DNA of 64,000 nucleotides from a virus (lineage: Duplodnaviria; Heunggongvirae; Uroviricota; Caudoviricetes). Positions 10,501-19,557 of this stretch are shown here, one piece after another. The position numbers and the translations under genes are program-made. The notes under the pieces were generated by a model, which saw only the letters and a program-made list of their open reading frames with translations, made no database searches and was not told the origin of the DNA. The stretch lies in the IMG/VR virus record IMGVR_UViG_2795385714_000007. One strand, 5' to 3'. Position 1 is the stretch's first letter. The number at the start of each line of letters is the position of its first letter.

Positions 10501-12298
10501 GCCACTGGTTGTTGCCGAGGATGTCGGCTACCAATTTCAGCGGCGGCTCCAACGCCTGCATGGCGAAACCTAGTGCACGCCAGCCTGCTACGGCAGTTGC
10601 CCCGGCGCCCATTGCGATGGCCTTGGATGCGGCAGCGAGGGAGGGTGCCAGGTCCTTGGCGGCGCTGGAGATGTCGCGCCAGCCCTGCCGGATCTGGTCG
10701 ACCGCGGTACCGCTGCCGCCACCGCCGGTCCTGAGGTCGCGCATCGCGTCGGCGGCCTTGTCCAGCCAGCCGGTCATCCCCCGACCGGCTGACTGCAAGG
10801 ACGGCGAAACAAGGTCGTAAAGAGCGAGTTTCGCACTCTCGGCGGTGTTCTTGAGGCCTTCGACGACCCCCGGTAGGCCCTGCATCTGGGCGGCGGCCAT
10901 CTCGCTGGCACCACCGGCGCGGCCGACAGCCCGGAACATCTCGTCGAACATCTGGACGCCGCCACCGGCTGCGACCATCGCCGCGCGCATGGCGTCCGAG
11001 CCGAACAGGATGTTGGTGTCGGCCTGGAACTCCTCTTCGGTCATCCTCTTTGACGCTGCGGCAACCTGTTCCAGCATGGAGCGGTAGCCGACAAACTTGC
11101 CGGTGGTGTCGTACAGGGTCAGTCCCAGGCTTTCGATGGCGCCCTGGGCGGGGTTTCCCTGGTCAGTGATGGCCTGGAGCGAGGTCTTGATGAGGGTGCC
11201 TGCATCGGAGCCGCGGATACCGGCGTTGGCCAGGAGCCCGAGGGCAGTGATGGTGTCCTGGGCGGTCAACCCGAAGCCGTGGGCAACGGCACCGGCCTGT
11301 TGGAGGCCGAGGGCGAAGTCGCCGATGTCGCCGGTGGATGCGTTGGCGACGTTCGCCAACATGTCGGCCATATTGGCCGCCTGGTTGGCGTCCATTCCGA
11401 AGGCATGCAGGGCGTTGGCCTGAATCTTGGCCGCCTCTGCTGCGGATACCTGTGCGGCGGTGGCCAATTGCAGGGTGCCGCGGGCCGCTGACATGGACTG
11501 GTCGACGTCGAATCCGCCCTTGGCGAGTTCGGTCATCGCCTGGGCTGCGTCGGAGGCCGATACCCCGGCGAGCTGGGTGTCGGCGCCCAGCTCGCGGGCG
11601 CGCCGCGATACGGCGGCCATTTGTTCAGGTAGGGCGCGGGTGACGCCCTGCATGGTGTTGAGCGCCGAGTCAAACGAAAGGCCCGTGTCTACAACACTTT
11701 TGACTGCGGCAATGAAACCTCCGCCTGCGGCCAGAGCGGCGCCGGTGTTGAGGGCGCGCTGGAAGCCCTGCGCGAAGCGGGCGCCGGAGTCCGACCCATA
11801 CGCCTCGGCTCGCATGATCAGCCCGGCACCGAACGGCATCTTGACCTGACTGGACGCCTGCGACTGCGCCTTCTGCGCACGCTCCAGGTCCCGGGTGGCG
11901 CGGGTCAGATTCTGTGTCGACAGCTCCTGCGCGCGCCGCGCCCGCGCCACTCCCTCCTCAGCGGTGGCCCGCTGGGTGGCTGTGGCCCTGCCCTTCTCGT
12001 TGAGTTCGTTGAGTCGTGTCTGGGCGACGGTGAGGCGGCCAGTGGCGTCCGCGTCTGCCTTCTTCGCAGTCGCCAGCGCCTTCTCCGCACGTTCGACCTG
12101 GCGAAGTGCGTCGACCGCCGACTTACCGCTGGCGGCAAGGTTGCGGGCCATGTCGGCGCCCATGGTCCGGGTGGCACGACCGAAGCGGCGTTCCGCGTCG
12201 CGGCCGATGCGTTCGACGCCCGCGGCAAGGCCGGACGCCTCGGGCATGAGTGGCACCCATACTTGCGCCAGTTCAACGGCGGCGACTGCTGGACTCAA
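7589..12298 (-). CDS. tape measure protein (1569 aa) with embedded NlpC/P60-like peptidase motif
   Basis: Very long Ala/Gly-rich coiled-coil ORF between chaperones and minor tail genes; segment GPSGTDCSGAASVLVN resembles NlpC/P60 catalytic Cys region. Confidence 0.9.
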   Translation of the reverse strand: MSPAVAAVELAQVWVPLMPEASGLAAGVERIGRDAERRFGRATRTMGADMARNLAASGKSAVDALRQVERAEKALATAKKADADATGRLTVAQTRLNELNEKGRATATQRATAEEGVARARRAQELSTQNLTRATRDLERAQKAQSQASSQVKMPFGAGLIMRAEAYGSDSGARFAQGFQRALNTGAALAAGGGFIAAVKSVVDTGLSFDSALNTMQGVTRALPEQMAAVSRRARELGADTQLAGVSASDAAQAMTELAKGGFDVDQSMSAARGTLQLATAAQVSAAEAAKIQANALHAFGMDANQAANMADMLANVANASTGDIGDFALGLQQAGAVAHGFGLTAQDTITALGLLANAGIRGSDAGTLIKTSLQAITDQGNPAQGAIESLGLTLYDTTGKFVGYRSMLEQVAAASKRMTEEEFQADTNILFGSDAMRAAMVAAGGGVQMFDEMFRAVGRAGGASEMAAAQMQGLPGVVEGLKNTAESAKLALYDLVSPSLQSAGRGMTGWLDKAADAMRDLRTGGGGSGTAVDQIRQGWRDISSAAKDLAPSLAAASKAIAMGAGATAVAGWRALGFAMQALEPPLKLVADILGNNQWLTTGLVAVLTALYLKSKLTGPALQVAAKATQAWGTAFAGWRTPATQAQQAMENATRAAGESTRAQRGWVTQMRDSYNQAADRSLFYSRTAGTAGAAMTGMKLAGSGVLSMLGGPWGIAAAGVGIAMGMIADAHQKAAQKAQEQKQAEEELRATLDQDTGRVTDETRRKAAERFGKEDPYKTTDIGRAKGLGIDPNMLVDAATGTGNAQAYDIIKKLALDKGVREGLDKVSITGSGGTKLDWKVIQQQYQAMGVSSDELYNALLKEGNGWDTVNEKIAKYRTANPGDQNLVGLQQIIDAMPDANESLITLTQNVNEQRRETDKGAQSLRDMAQAQYGLWKPTEEGAARFKDLGAAIVSVPNNKSIDLKVDPAKYDETKKKLEELGYTVTQLPGGIVKVTAATDEAQKRFNDLVYKVNNTTATLPIDLKLANSLGAILPPGLQGVFSAATLAGQVPGRASGGHVDGRGVISGPGTGTSDSILARVIDGGAGGFIKVSNRESINTAQSTRDNMPLINAMNRGWVPSANFLRILTGIPGYAGGGPISIEDAANDMAGAPYVRGGHGPSGTDCSGAASVLVNAAVGQPLYGERMATGNAADWLAARGAIMGRGPAGTLRVGWKNGGPGGGHMAVTLPDGRNAESGGSVGKFTVGAGAAGADDPQFTNQAYIPMNAMYPDGWPSGAAGGGYSMYGSGSGGGGAGGYGGGGSGGGGASPAQRRQLRDAEQKVQDKQFDIEQAQRKLDELQGKKNVKPSEQAAAEERLSRAQREHKDALDDLSTKQEQVNDADARGRGGRNGQQPGSGPDGKSFAKDMMSGAMEMLGLDGSVFSNPMEWGIFKLFTGGANAIGGMLKNAFGGPQQQQQNPLGTQAMRNNRHGPGGAPGPGNGGLGEFDFGDGGMGVVGDALQAALPQVGDFLPNSQNPGGNNYTTNQNSNNSSATGAAFYGPVTINDPGGLVKPPDRMNTRMTGLPKP

Positions 12299-13127
12299 CC
12301 GGTTACTCCTTTCTTCATACCGATGACGCGACCGGGCGACTCGCCCAGCGCGTAGTTGGCTGCGCGTAGCCGCTCGAATTCCTCAAGTGACATCTCGTCG
12401 CAGGTGAGTAGCCCCGGCGGTGGCGGTCCCACCGGCCGCTCAGGATGCGGCACAGGGGCGTTGGGGTCGACGCCCTCACGGGCGATCCGCTGGGGCATAG
12501 TGACCAGGCCCGCCTGCTGCTCCATCTGGGCAGCTAGCAGGTGAGACTCCCGGGTCCACCCGCCGTGGATGGCGTGGTAGACGGCCGTGCCAGGGGGTGC
12601 GGCCAGCACGATGGACCCGAGCTTGGCGACAGGCAGCAGCCGGTCGTCGAAATCGGAGTCCTTGTCTAGCGATATGAGGTCGCGCTCGACCGCGTGCCAG
12701 TGCTGGCCGATGGCCCGGGTGAGCGCACCTATTCCCCCGCGGTCAGTTTCGAGTCGGCGAACCAGGCGTCGAACACGGCCTTGTACTCGTCATCGCCGAG
12801 GCCGACGACGCGGAGCTGGATTTCCTTGGGAACCCCTGCCCAGTCCATCCACTCGAACGCCTGGAAGGTCTCGTCCAGTTGGTATAGCGCCCACCAGAAT
12901 TGGCGGGTAGGCGGCGTGATCTCCGAGTACTTCGGGAACTGGACGACATACCCGTCGCTGGTCGTGAATTCGAACAGGGCCGTGCCGTCGGGGTACGGAG
13001 AAGGTGCCCCCGCCGAAGCGGGGGCCTCCTTCGTCTCGTCCACCGGTGCGTCGGCTGCCGCTGGTGCGGCTGCCTTCTTCGCACCCGTCTTGCGGGGCGA
13101 TGCCTTGCGCGCGGTGGTGGTGCTCAA
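12295..13127 (-). CDS. tail assembly chaperone, long form made by -1 programmed frameshift
   Basis: The -1 frame is open with no stops from the GGGGGAA run at about 12733-12740 down to the stop at 12295, ending 4 nt inside the TMP start; classic G/GT-type arrangement. Confidence 0.6.
12729..12745 (-). promoter_or_regulatory. putative -1 ribosomal slippery site (GCGGGGGAATAG)
   Basis: Poly-G heptamer immediately before chaperone stop; downstream -1 frame stays open. Confidence 0.45.
12729..13127 (-). CDS. tail assembly chaperone (short form)
   Basis: 132-aa acidic protein between major tail protein and TMP; stop TAG at 12729-12731 preceded by GGGGGAA. Confidence 0.75.
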   Translation of the reverse strand: MSTTTARKASPRKTGAKKAAAPAAADAPVDETKEAPASAGAPSPYPDGTALFEFTTSDGYVVQFPKYSEITPPTRQFWWALYQLDETFQAFEWMDWAGVPKEIQLRVVGLGDDEYKAVFDAWFADSKLTAGE

Positions 13128-13705
13128 ATCGTCACCACGCCGTCGTTCCAGTACTGGTAACCGTGGTTACCGTCGGCGTCGGGGAACGGCTTGAGCGTGC
13201 ACTCGTAGGCCGCCAGTTCGGAGTGCGTCCACTTGATGGGCGCGACGGCGGTGATACGACCGATCGGGATGACCAGGCGCATGGAGATCAGGTTGTAGAA
13301 GCCGTCGAAAACCCAAGCGCCCGTGTCCAGGAGCTTGGCGTTCAGTTCGGCCTTGATCTCCGTGCCGGACGTGGTGCTGGCCGGGGTGACGGTGACGTTG
13401 GATGCACCGTGCACGGCCTTCTGCACGTCGACGTTGTTGACCTGGAGCAGCTTGAACTTGATTTCCAGGCCGTACTTTTCCTGGAGCACCGCGACTAGGT
13501 CGCCGCCCCAGTTGTACTCCTCCTGGTTCGACCGATCTTCGGTGCGTTCCAGGCCGTCTTTACCGACGTGGCCAAGGTTGTTGAAGGCCACGGCGGGGGC
13601 GCCGACAGCGGTGGTCGGCAGGGTCGTGCCGACCGGTGCACGCAGGACGCCGCCGGTGACCCGCGGGGACGGGGCGGCCAGCTCCAGCACATTGTTGAGA
13701 GCCAT
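13124..13705 (-). CDS. major tail protein
   Basis: 193-aa protein directly upstream of chaperone pair; synteny. Confidence 0.8.
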   Translation of the reverse strand: MALNNVLELAAPSPRVTGGVLRAPVGTTLPTTAVGAPAVAFNNLGHVGKDGLERTEDRSNQEEYNWGGDLVAVLQEKYGLEIKFKLLQVNNVDVQKAVHGASNVTVTPASTTSGTEIKAELNAKLLDTGAWVFDGFYNLISMRLVIPIGRITAVAPIKWTHSELAAYECTLKPFPDADGNHGYQYWNDGVVTI

Positions 13706-13781
13706 GCGGGGCTTTCCTCTCGTGATATGCGAAAGGCCGCCCCGGACGGGACGGCCTGATCTCCCGCGCGGGGGCGGTGAG

Positions 13782-14219
13782 TTATGGGGTGATGGGTGAG
13801 CCGATGGGCTGGCCCTGGACGCGCCAGGTGACCATCGACCGGTACCGGGGTGTCGCCACGTTCGGGTCCTTCGACTCGTGCGTCAGGCTCGTGGCGCGCG
13901 CCCAGACGACGTACCAGGTGTCGATGGTGAGACCGGTCGCGGCGTCCATGAGTGCTGTCGCGGTCCGCGAGATAGTCGACGCTTCAACCTCATCGGGGTG
14001 ATAGCCGAACAGAATGAGATCGAGGTCCCATTCGAGGAGGTTGGCTCGGGAGCCGCCACCGAACTCGACTCGCAGGAACCCGTCGGGCACCGTGGTGTCG
14101 GTGCGGGTGGGCGGCAGTTTGGAGCCGACTGGAACCGTCAGGGCGGGTTGGGGTGTCAGGTAGGTGACGGCCAGGGCCACCATGTCCGCTGGCAGCATCG
14201 CCGGATACAGGGCGGGCAT
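13782..14219 (-). CDS. head-tail connector / tail terminator protein
   Basis: 145 aa, between connector genes and major tail protein. Confidence 0.55.
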   Translation of the reverse strand: MPALYPAMLPADMVALAVTYLTPQPALTVPVGSKLPPTRTDTTVPDGFLRVEFGGGSRANLLEWDLDLILFGYHPDEVEASTISRTATALMDAATGLTIDTWYVVWARATSLTHESKDPNVATPRYRSMVTWRVQGQPIGSPITP

Positions 14220-14524
14220 CAGCGGCCCCGTAACCCAGCGATCAGTTTGAGGAGCCGCGAGTTGGCGGCGTCGTCGCGGCGCGCTGCATACGAAGCGGCG
14301 ACGATGAAGATACGCGGACGCTGCGTATTCGGATCACGTTGCACGACAATCACGTAGCCGTCCGGCAGGCCCTCGGCGGCCTGGCGCGCGATCTGTTCGA
14401 CGTACTCCCCGTATGCGTGTCGGATCTTGCGGAACCCTGCCATGTTGTACTTGATGCGTACGGCCACTAGCCGACCCGCTTGAGAGAAATTTCCCCGCCG
14501 AACATCCGCGAGTACTTCCGCCAT
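14219..14524 (-). CDS. head-tail connector protein
   Basis: 101-aa ORF from ATG; an alternative GTG start at 14467 (cactag stop/start junction) would give 82 aa. Confidence 0.55.
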   Translation of the reverse strand: MAEVLADVRRGNFSQAGRLVAVRIKYNMAGFRKIRHAYGEYVEQIARQAAEGLPDGYVIVVQRDPNTQRPRIFIVAASYAARRDDAANSRLLKLIAGLRGR

Positions 14525-14844
14525 GGCCCGTTGCGCCAGTCACCGTCAGCTCCCATACCGACGACATCGAAGCGGGCGCCGTGGATGTCGACCTGGTCCT
14601 GGGTTTTGTAGACGGTTGGGTCCTTCACCAGCATCGTCAACTCGGCGATGTGCCGGGCCACGTACTCCGGAGCTACCGGCTCGACTCTGTCGGCGGCGCG
14701 TTCACCGCGGGGGTAGAACGCCATTGCCCGCCGGGTTGTCGGGGTCTGCGCCACGCCACCAATGGTGTTGCCGTGCGCGTTCTTCCCTGTTGTCGCGCTG
14801 TACGGGTAGTGCGCGATGTCGTAGGGCTCGGGGATGATGCTCAC
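14467..14844 (-). CDS. head-tail connector protein (head closure-like)
   Basis: Real C-terminal 125 aa of ORF 14467..15255, from GTG overlapping upstream stop (GTGA); the N-terminal 137 codons of the ORF are Arg/Pro-rich off-frame artefact. Confidence 0.5.
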   Translation of the reverse strand: MSIIPEPYDIAHYPYSATTGKNAHGNTIGGVAQTPTTRRAMAFYPRGERAADRVEPVAPEYVARHIAELTMLVKDPTVYKTQDQVDIHGARFDVVGMGADGDWRNGPWRKYSRMFGGEISLKRVG

Positions 14845-15395
14845 GCGATGGCCTGGATGCGGTAGTCGGCCAGCCGGGACCGGTGGTCGTTGTTGAGCGA
14901 CAGGCCCGCAGTGCCCTTGAATTTGATGCGGAACGGGCCGCCGGTGGCCTCGGTGGCTACCGATGACGGCAGCTCGATGCCGCTGGAGGCCAGCTCCAGG
15001 ATCACAGCCTTCACGGCCAGCGGTACCTCCGGGTAGCCGTGGGTGAAAGTGACCTCGGCGTAGCGGGGGGACGGCAGTCCGAACACTGGCCAGTACCGGC
15101 CGCGCGGCCAGGTGGTGCGGGTTCGGGTGATGAATCCCGCTTCGTCCCAGTCGTATTCGTCTGGTTCGAGCACCTGGCCGTCGACCTTCACGGACTCGAC
15201 ATCGGTGACATGCAGGGAGTGCAGCATGATGATGCCGCGCTCCCCTATCTCGCATCGCCGGTCGACCTCGCGCCGCGACGGTGCGATGTGCCAGTCGCAG
15301 TAGTCCCGCACCGCCGATTCAGCGGTGTCTAGGAACCACTGCGGGTCACCGGCCTCGAACTTGCCGAGGTCAGTTGTCGTTACCAGGTCCGCCAT
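14841..15395 (-). CDS. head-to-tail adaptor protein
   Basis: Inner ATG (MADLVTTTDLGKFEAG...) of ORF 14841..15578; N-terminal 61 codons are Arg/Pro junk. Confidence 0.6.
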   Translation of the reverse strand: MADLVTTTDLGKFEAGDPQWFLDTAESAVRDYCDWHIAPSRREVDRRCEIGERGIIMLHSLHVTDVESVKVDGQVLEPDEYDWDEAGFITRTRTTWPRGRYWPVFGLPSPRYAEVTFTHGYPEVPLAVKAVILELASSGIELPSSVATEATGGPFRIKFKGTAGLSLNNDHRSRLADYRIQAIA

Positions 15396-15708
15396 TAGCG
15401 GCCTTGGTCTCCTCGGTCTTCGCCTGTGCCGGTGCGGGTTCCGCCTTGGCGGGGGCCTTTGCCGGAGCAGCCTTGGCGGGCTTGGCGGAGGCGTTCTCGG
15501 ATGCGGGCGGGGTTGCCTTCTCCGGCGCCGCGGGGGCGGCCTTGTTCTCGACCGGCGGAGCGGGCTCGACCGGGTCAATGTCTGCGCGCCACTCGGCGAG
15601 CTTGGCGTCGATGACGGAGGTGTCCTCGCCGAGGGACGCCAGCAGCTCGCGCTTGGTCTCCAGTGCGGCGACGGTGTCGGCGACGGCGTCGCGCTTCTTT
15701 AGTGCCAT
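15370..15708 (-). CDS. hypothetical Ala/Pro/Lys-rich protein downstream of capsid
   Basis: 112 aa; MALKKRD...; common position of a small capsid-adjacent gene. Confidence 0.5.
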   Translation of the reverse strand: MALKKRDAVADTVAALETKRELLASLGEDTSVIDAKLAEWRADIDPVEPAPPVENKAAPAAPEKATPPASENASAKPAKAAPAKAPAKAEPAPAQAKTEETKAANGGPGNDN

Positions 15709-15795
15709 GGGATTTCAGCTCCTCTGTTGTCGTGTCGTGGTGCTGGGCGCACCCACCGCCCCGGGTTACGGGGCGGTGGGTGGCCTAGCGGTGGG

Positions 15796-17175
15796 TCAGA
15801 AAGCGGGCGGGGTCAGTCCGCCGATCTCGACCACGGACTGCGGGTAGCGCCCGGCGGTGAAGGCCAGGTAGCCGTACACCTGGAGGCACACCGTCAGGTT
15901 CTTCGCGCCCGGCTCCGGCAGGGTGCGGGTACGGATACCCGACTCGAACAGCAGCAGGTCCGAGGAGCGCTGCACGTAGACAACGTCCTCGTTGGTGCCG
16001 GTGCCGTATGCGGTGCCGATGTTGGGGTCGGTCACCACGGGCAGGCCCTGGAGCTGGCCGACCACCTGCTGGGACGCAACGGCGTCCAGGGTGGCCACCG
16101 CGTTCTGCGGCGCGTTGGCCGCGGGCAGAACGAGCGGACGCTGGTCGCCGTCCAGCGACGCGGTGAGCCAGCCCCAACGGCGGGGGTGCATCACGATGTG
16201 CGTCGGGGGCAGGAACCGGCTGGTGTGGACCCGCTGGATGGCGTCGGCGATGGCCGCGTAGAACGAGGCCACGGTCAGCGCGGTAATGGCGATGGTGCCG
16301 ATGCCCGGGGTGCCGTGAACACCCAGTACCTGGCCGCTGCTGCCGGAACCTCCGAGGACCTGGAGGTCCAGTTTGGTGCCGAAGTCTGCGATCAGATCCT
16401 GGAAGACGACCTCGTCGAAGTTGACGGGCGACTGGTCCAGGAGCTGGATTGCGACGTCCTGCTGACCGGCGACGGTCCGCACCTTGGCCTCGATGAAGTT
16501 GTCGTCGAGGTCCTGCTCGGTGACGGCCGCGTTGTCGGCGGTCTGGACAGCAGTAGCGGTCCCCGCGGTGACCTTGGGGATGTTGATGCTGTCGGTGCCG
16601 GACGGCAGCGGCTGCGCGGTGACCAGGTTGGCGTAGGCGCGGCCAGCGCGCGCCAGGGGCACGTACTGGTTGACCAGCCAGGCCGGGGGCACGAAGTAGC
16701 CGCCGTTGTCGTCGGTGCGGTCCAGGTCGCGGTACTCGGAGTCGTTGGCGACGTCCTGGGCGTGACGCTGGAGCCGTTCCAGGCTCTTGCCGTTGTCGTC
16801 CATGTTCCGCTGGACCCGCATGAGGTCCTGGAGGTAGGACCGGCCGTTGCCCTTGGCGTAGGCGGCTGCTTCCTTGACCGACTCGACGCGGGACTGTGCG
16901 CGACGGACCTTGGCGGCCTCGTCGCTCAGCTTCCCGGACCGCTCGATTTCGTCGGACAGCTCCTGGATGCGCTCGTTGTAGCCCGCGATCTCGCCCTGCT
17001 TGGCCTTGATCTCGGCGGACTTGGCGCGGAATTCGACGTCTTCCTCAGGGGTGAGGTCCTGGCGGGCCTCTTCCTTGACGATGTCGGTGATGGCCGTGCG
17101 CTTCGCGAGCAGGGTTTCCAGCTCGGCCTCGGCCTTGGCGCGCAGCTCCATGAGCCGCTTGAGACGCTCCTCCAT
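15796..17175 (-). CDS. major capsid protein, HK97 fold with N-terminal coiled-coil delta (scaffold) domain
   Basis: 459 aa; first ~120 aa strongly coiled-coil then capsid-like body; follows prohead protease. Confidence 0.85.
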   Translation of the reverse strand: MEERLKRLMELRAKAEAELETLLAKRTAITDIVKEEARQDLTPEEDVEFRAKSAEIKAKQGEIAGYNERIQELSDEIERSGKLSDEAAKVRRAQSRVESVKEAAAYAKGNGRSYLQDLMRVQRNMDDNGKSLERLQRHAQDVANDSEYRDLDRTDDNGGYFVPPAWLVNQYVPLARAGRAYANLVTAQPLPSGTDSINIPKVTAGTATAVQTADNAAVTEQDLDDNFIEAKVRTVAGQQDVAIQLLDQSPVNFDEVVFQDLIADFGTKLDLQVLGGSGSSGQVLGVHGTPGIGTIAITALTVASFYAAIADAIQRVHTSRFLPPTHIVMHPRRWGWLTASLDGDQRPLVLPAANAPQNAVATLDAVASQQVVGQLQGLPVVTDPNIGTAYGTGTNEDVVYVQRSSDLLLFESGIRTRTLPEPGAKNLTVCLQVYGYLAFTAGRYPQSVVEIGGLTPPAF

Positions 17176-17368
17176 GGAGGTTCGTTCCTTTCGTGGATGC
17201 CCTTGTGGGCGTTTGGATTTGCAATGGGGCGGCCCGAGCGGGGCACCGGCGGCCCCGAGCGGGGGCAGGCCGTTCGACCCGGCGCACGAAAAAGGCCCCC
17301 GGGGGTGTCGGGGGCCTTGTGGTTGGTGCGTCGGGTGGAATTAGTGGGGCGCCTACCGGCGCCGGGTG

Positions 17369-18253
17369 TTACTGGTCGACGACTGCAAGCGCGTCACTGA
17401 GGGACAACACGGAGCCATCCTCAGACGCAAAGCCCTGGCGGGCCATGGCTTCTCGTAGCGACATGCCCTTGGGGGCGTCATCCTCGGACCGAGATTGCAG
17501 AACCTGGGCTGCGGCAGACGCAGCGTCTGCGGCGGCGCGGGCGGTGGTATGGGCCGCCTGTACCGCGGCAACCTTGTCGATGCTGCCGAGGGAGTTCAGG
17601 ACAGCGCGTGCTCGGCGGAGAAGTTCCCCGTCGGATCGGATTTCAGCGAGCGCGCCGGGGTCGCAGTCGGCCAGGAACGCGAGGGCCTGGTCGACTGACT
17701 TGAGTTCGGCGCTGGTGGTGGGGTTGGCGCCGAAGTTGACCACGGACACATCTCCCTTGTGCAGCGAGACCTCAGTGATGGTGCGGAGGGCGTAGTTGTC
17801 CTCCGGGAATTCCTCGGTGCACTCCCACTTCTGGCCCTTCACGCGGAACGCGAAGGACATCTCGTCCATGTCCTTGCGGCGCATCTTCGGCTCCAGCCGT
17901 TGTACGTCGGGGTCGGACCGGTCGAGCTGGGCTGTGACCTTGAGGCCGTGCCGGTCGACGCTCAGCTGGAGGGTGTCGGACTTGGTGCGCGCAAGCGGCA
18001 TGCCCTCGTGGTTGATCAGCAGGTGGAGGTCCGGCTTCTCACGGAGGGTGTTAGTGAAAGCGGCCCTGTCCAGCTGCTCGATCCAGCCGCCAGCGTCGGG
18101 GCCGCCGTACATCTCGTAGGGCTCGAACGTCGACGCGTACCCGGTGAGGGTGATGGTGTCGCTGTCCTCGCGGACTTCGAACGAGGATGTCCGGCGGTGC
18201 TCCCAGACGTCCTTGCGGTTGTCGCGGTCGGCGCGAATGGTGTTGGTGGTCAT
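17369..18253 (-). CDS. capsid maturation (prohead) protease, HK97 family
   Basis: GYASTFEPYEMYGG...HEGMPLARTK motifs; between portal and capsid. Confidence 0.85.
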   Translation of the reverse strand: MTTNTIRADRDNRKDVWEHRRTSSFEVREDSDTITLTGYASTFEPYEMYGGPDAGGWIEQLDRAAFTNTLREKPDLHLLINHEGMPLARTKSDTLQLSVDRHGLKVTAQLDRSDPDVQRLEPKMRRKDMDEMSFAFRVKGQKWECTEEFPEDNYALRTITEVSLHKGDVSVVNFGANPTTSAELKSVDQALAFLADCDPGALAEIRSDGELLRRARAVLNSLGSIDKVAAVQAAHTTARAAADAASAAAQVLQSRSEDDAPKGMSLREAMARQGFASEDGSVLSLSDALAVVDQ

Positions 18254-19557
18254 TGGTCCTCCTGTCCCGTGCCTTCTTCGTCCTCGTCGTCCTCGTCGGC
18301 CGGTTCTTCTTCGGGGGTCTCGTCGTCCTCGGGTTCTGGCTCTGCCTCGGACGTCCCGGGTGGGTCCGGGGGCGTCCAGCCCAGGGGCGCCATGTTGGTA
18401 GGTTGCAGCCGGATGTCGCCGCCCTCAACCGGTTCCATGTCCTCGCGTTCGCGGATGTCGTTGACGCTGTAGACACCGGCGTCGCGACCGGCCTTGTAGG
18501 ACGTCCATAGGGACTTGATGTCGCCGCGGAGCAGGTCGTTGACGTCGAACTTCACGAAAACGCCGCGCGGAAGCAGTGCGGACAGTTGCTGCTCAATGCA
18601 GGTGAGCCAGGGGCGCAGGGTGTACCGGACGAAGCCGGTGGACTGCTGCTCGATGCCAGTACCCCATGAGGTCGTCTTCTCGGTGTCGCCGATCATGTGG
18701 GGCGGGATACGGAACAGCATGGCGATCTCACCGCGCTGGTACTTGCGCGTCTCCAGGAACTGGGACTCGTTGGGCGATATGGCGATTGGACGCCACTTCA
18801 CCCCGCCAGACAGGATCGCGGGGCGGCGACGGCCGCCATGGCTGGCGATCCATTGCTGTTGCAGATTCTTGGTTGCGGTGGCGTCTAGGACGAGGTCTGT
18901 TTCAAGGACGGAGCTGGGGTTGGCTGAGTCGCGGAAGTAGTTGAGGCCGTATCGTTCTGCGGCAAGGGCGATGCCCACGGCTGCTGCTGCGCGTTGTACA
19001 GGGGACAGTCCGAGTGCCGCTCCGGCGATGGGGTAACGCTTAATGTGGAGGATGTCGGAGCGGTCGACCTTGCTGCCCTCAACGTAATAGTTGGGGTTGG
19101 GCCACCGGTCCTTGTCGGGCATCTCCACTGTGATGCAGTCGGGATGGACGGGCATGATGCCACGTGGCCGGTCGTCTGGTCCGCGAGATGTTATGTAGCC
19201 GTAGCCGTTTCCAGTTACAGCCAGCGCTTCAACCAGCATCCAGACCCAGTCGAAGATCGTGTTTTCGACGTAAGGCTGTTGGACGATGACGGGCTGGGGA
19301 TCGAGGGCCACCTTGGTCTTGCCCTGACGCCGGTACGCGACAAGCGGCAGTGCGGCGATGGTGTCGGCGAGAAGCGTTACGCAGGCGGAGAAGGCGGCGA
19401 CCTGCATCTCGCGGGTGCCCGTCGGCGTCATGGACCCGTACCCGTACATGCCGTTCATCGCGGCGTCCTCGGCCGGGGTGGGCACAAACGACGAGCTGGT
19501 GATGGCCCGCTCCTCCACCGCGGGCGCGCCGGTGAAGATGCGGGACAGGAAGCTCAC
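18250..19557 (-). CDS. portal protein
   Basis: 435 aa with acidic C-terminal tail; GTG start overlapping upstream small ORF stop; synteny. Confidence 0.85.
   Translation of the reverse strand: MSFLSRIFTGAPAVEERAITSSSFVPTPAEDAAMNGMYGYGSMTPTGTREMQVAAFSACVTLLADTIAALPLVAYRRQGKTKVALDPQPVIVQQPYVENTIFDWVWMLVEALAVTGNGYGYITSRGPDDRPRGIMPVHPDCITVEMPDKDRWPNPNYYVEGSKVDRSDILHIKRYPIAGAALGLSPVQRAAAAVGIALAAERYGLNYFRDSANPSSVLETDLVLDATATKNLQQQWIASHGGRRRPAILSGGVKWRPIAISPNESQFLETRKYQRGEIAMLFRIPPHMIGDTEKTTSWGTGIEQQSTGFVRYTLRPWLTCIEQQLSALLPRGVFVKFDVNDLLRGDIKSLWTSYKAGRDAGVYSVNDIREREDMEPVEGGDIRLQPTNMAPLGWTPPDPPGTSEAEPEPEDDETPEEEPADEDDEDEEGTGQEDQ

Noticed and set aside
14467-15255. N-terminal 137 codons of ORF 14467..15255 and N-terminal 61 codons of ORF 14841..15578
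   Set aside because: His/Arg/Pro-rich off-frame extensions overlapping upstream genes; genuine starts are the coupled GTG/ATG codons further in.
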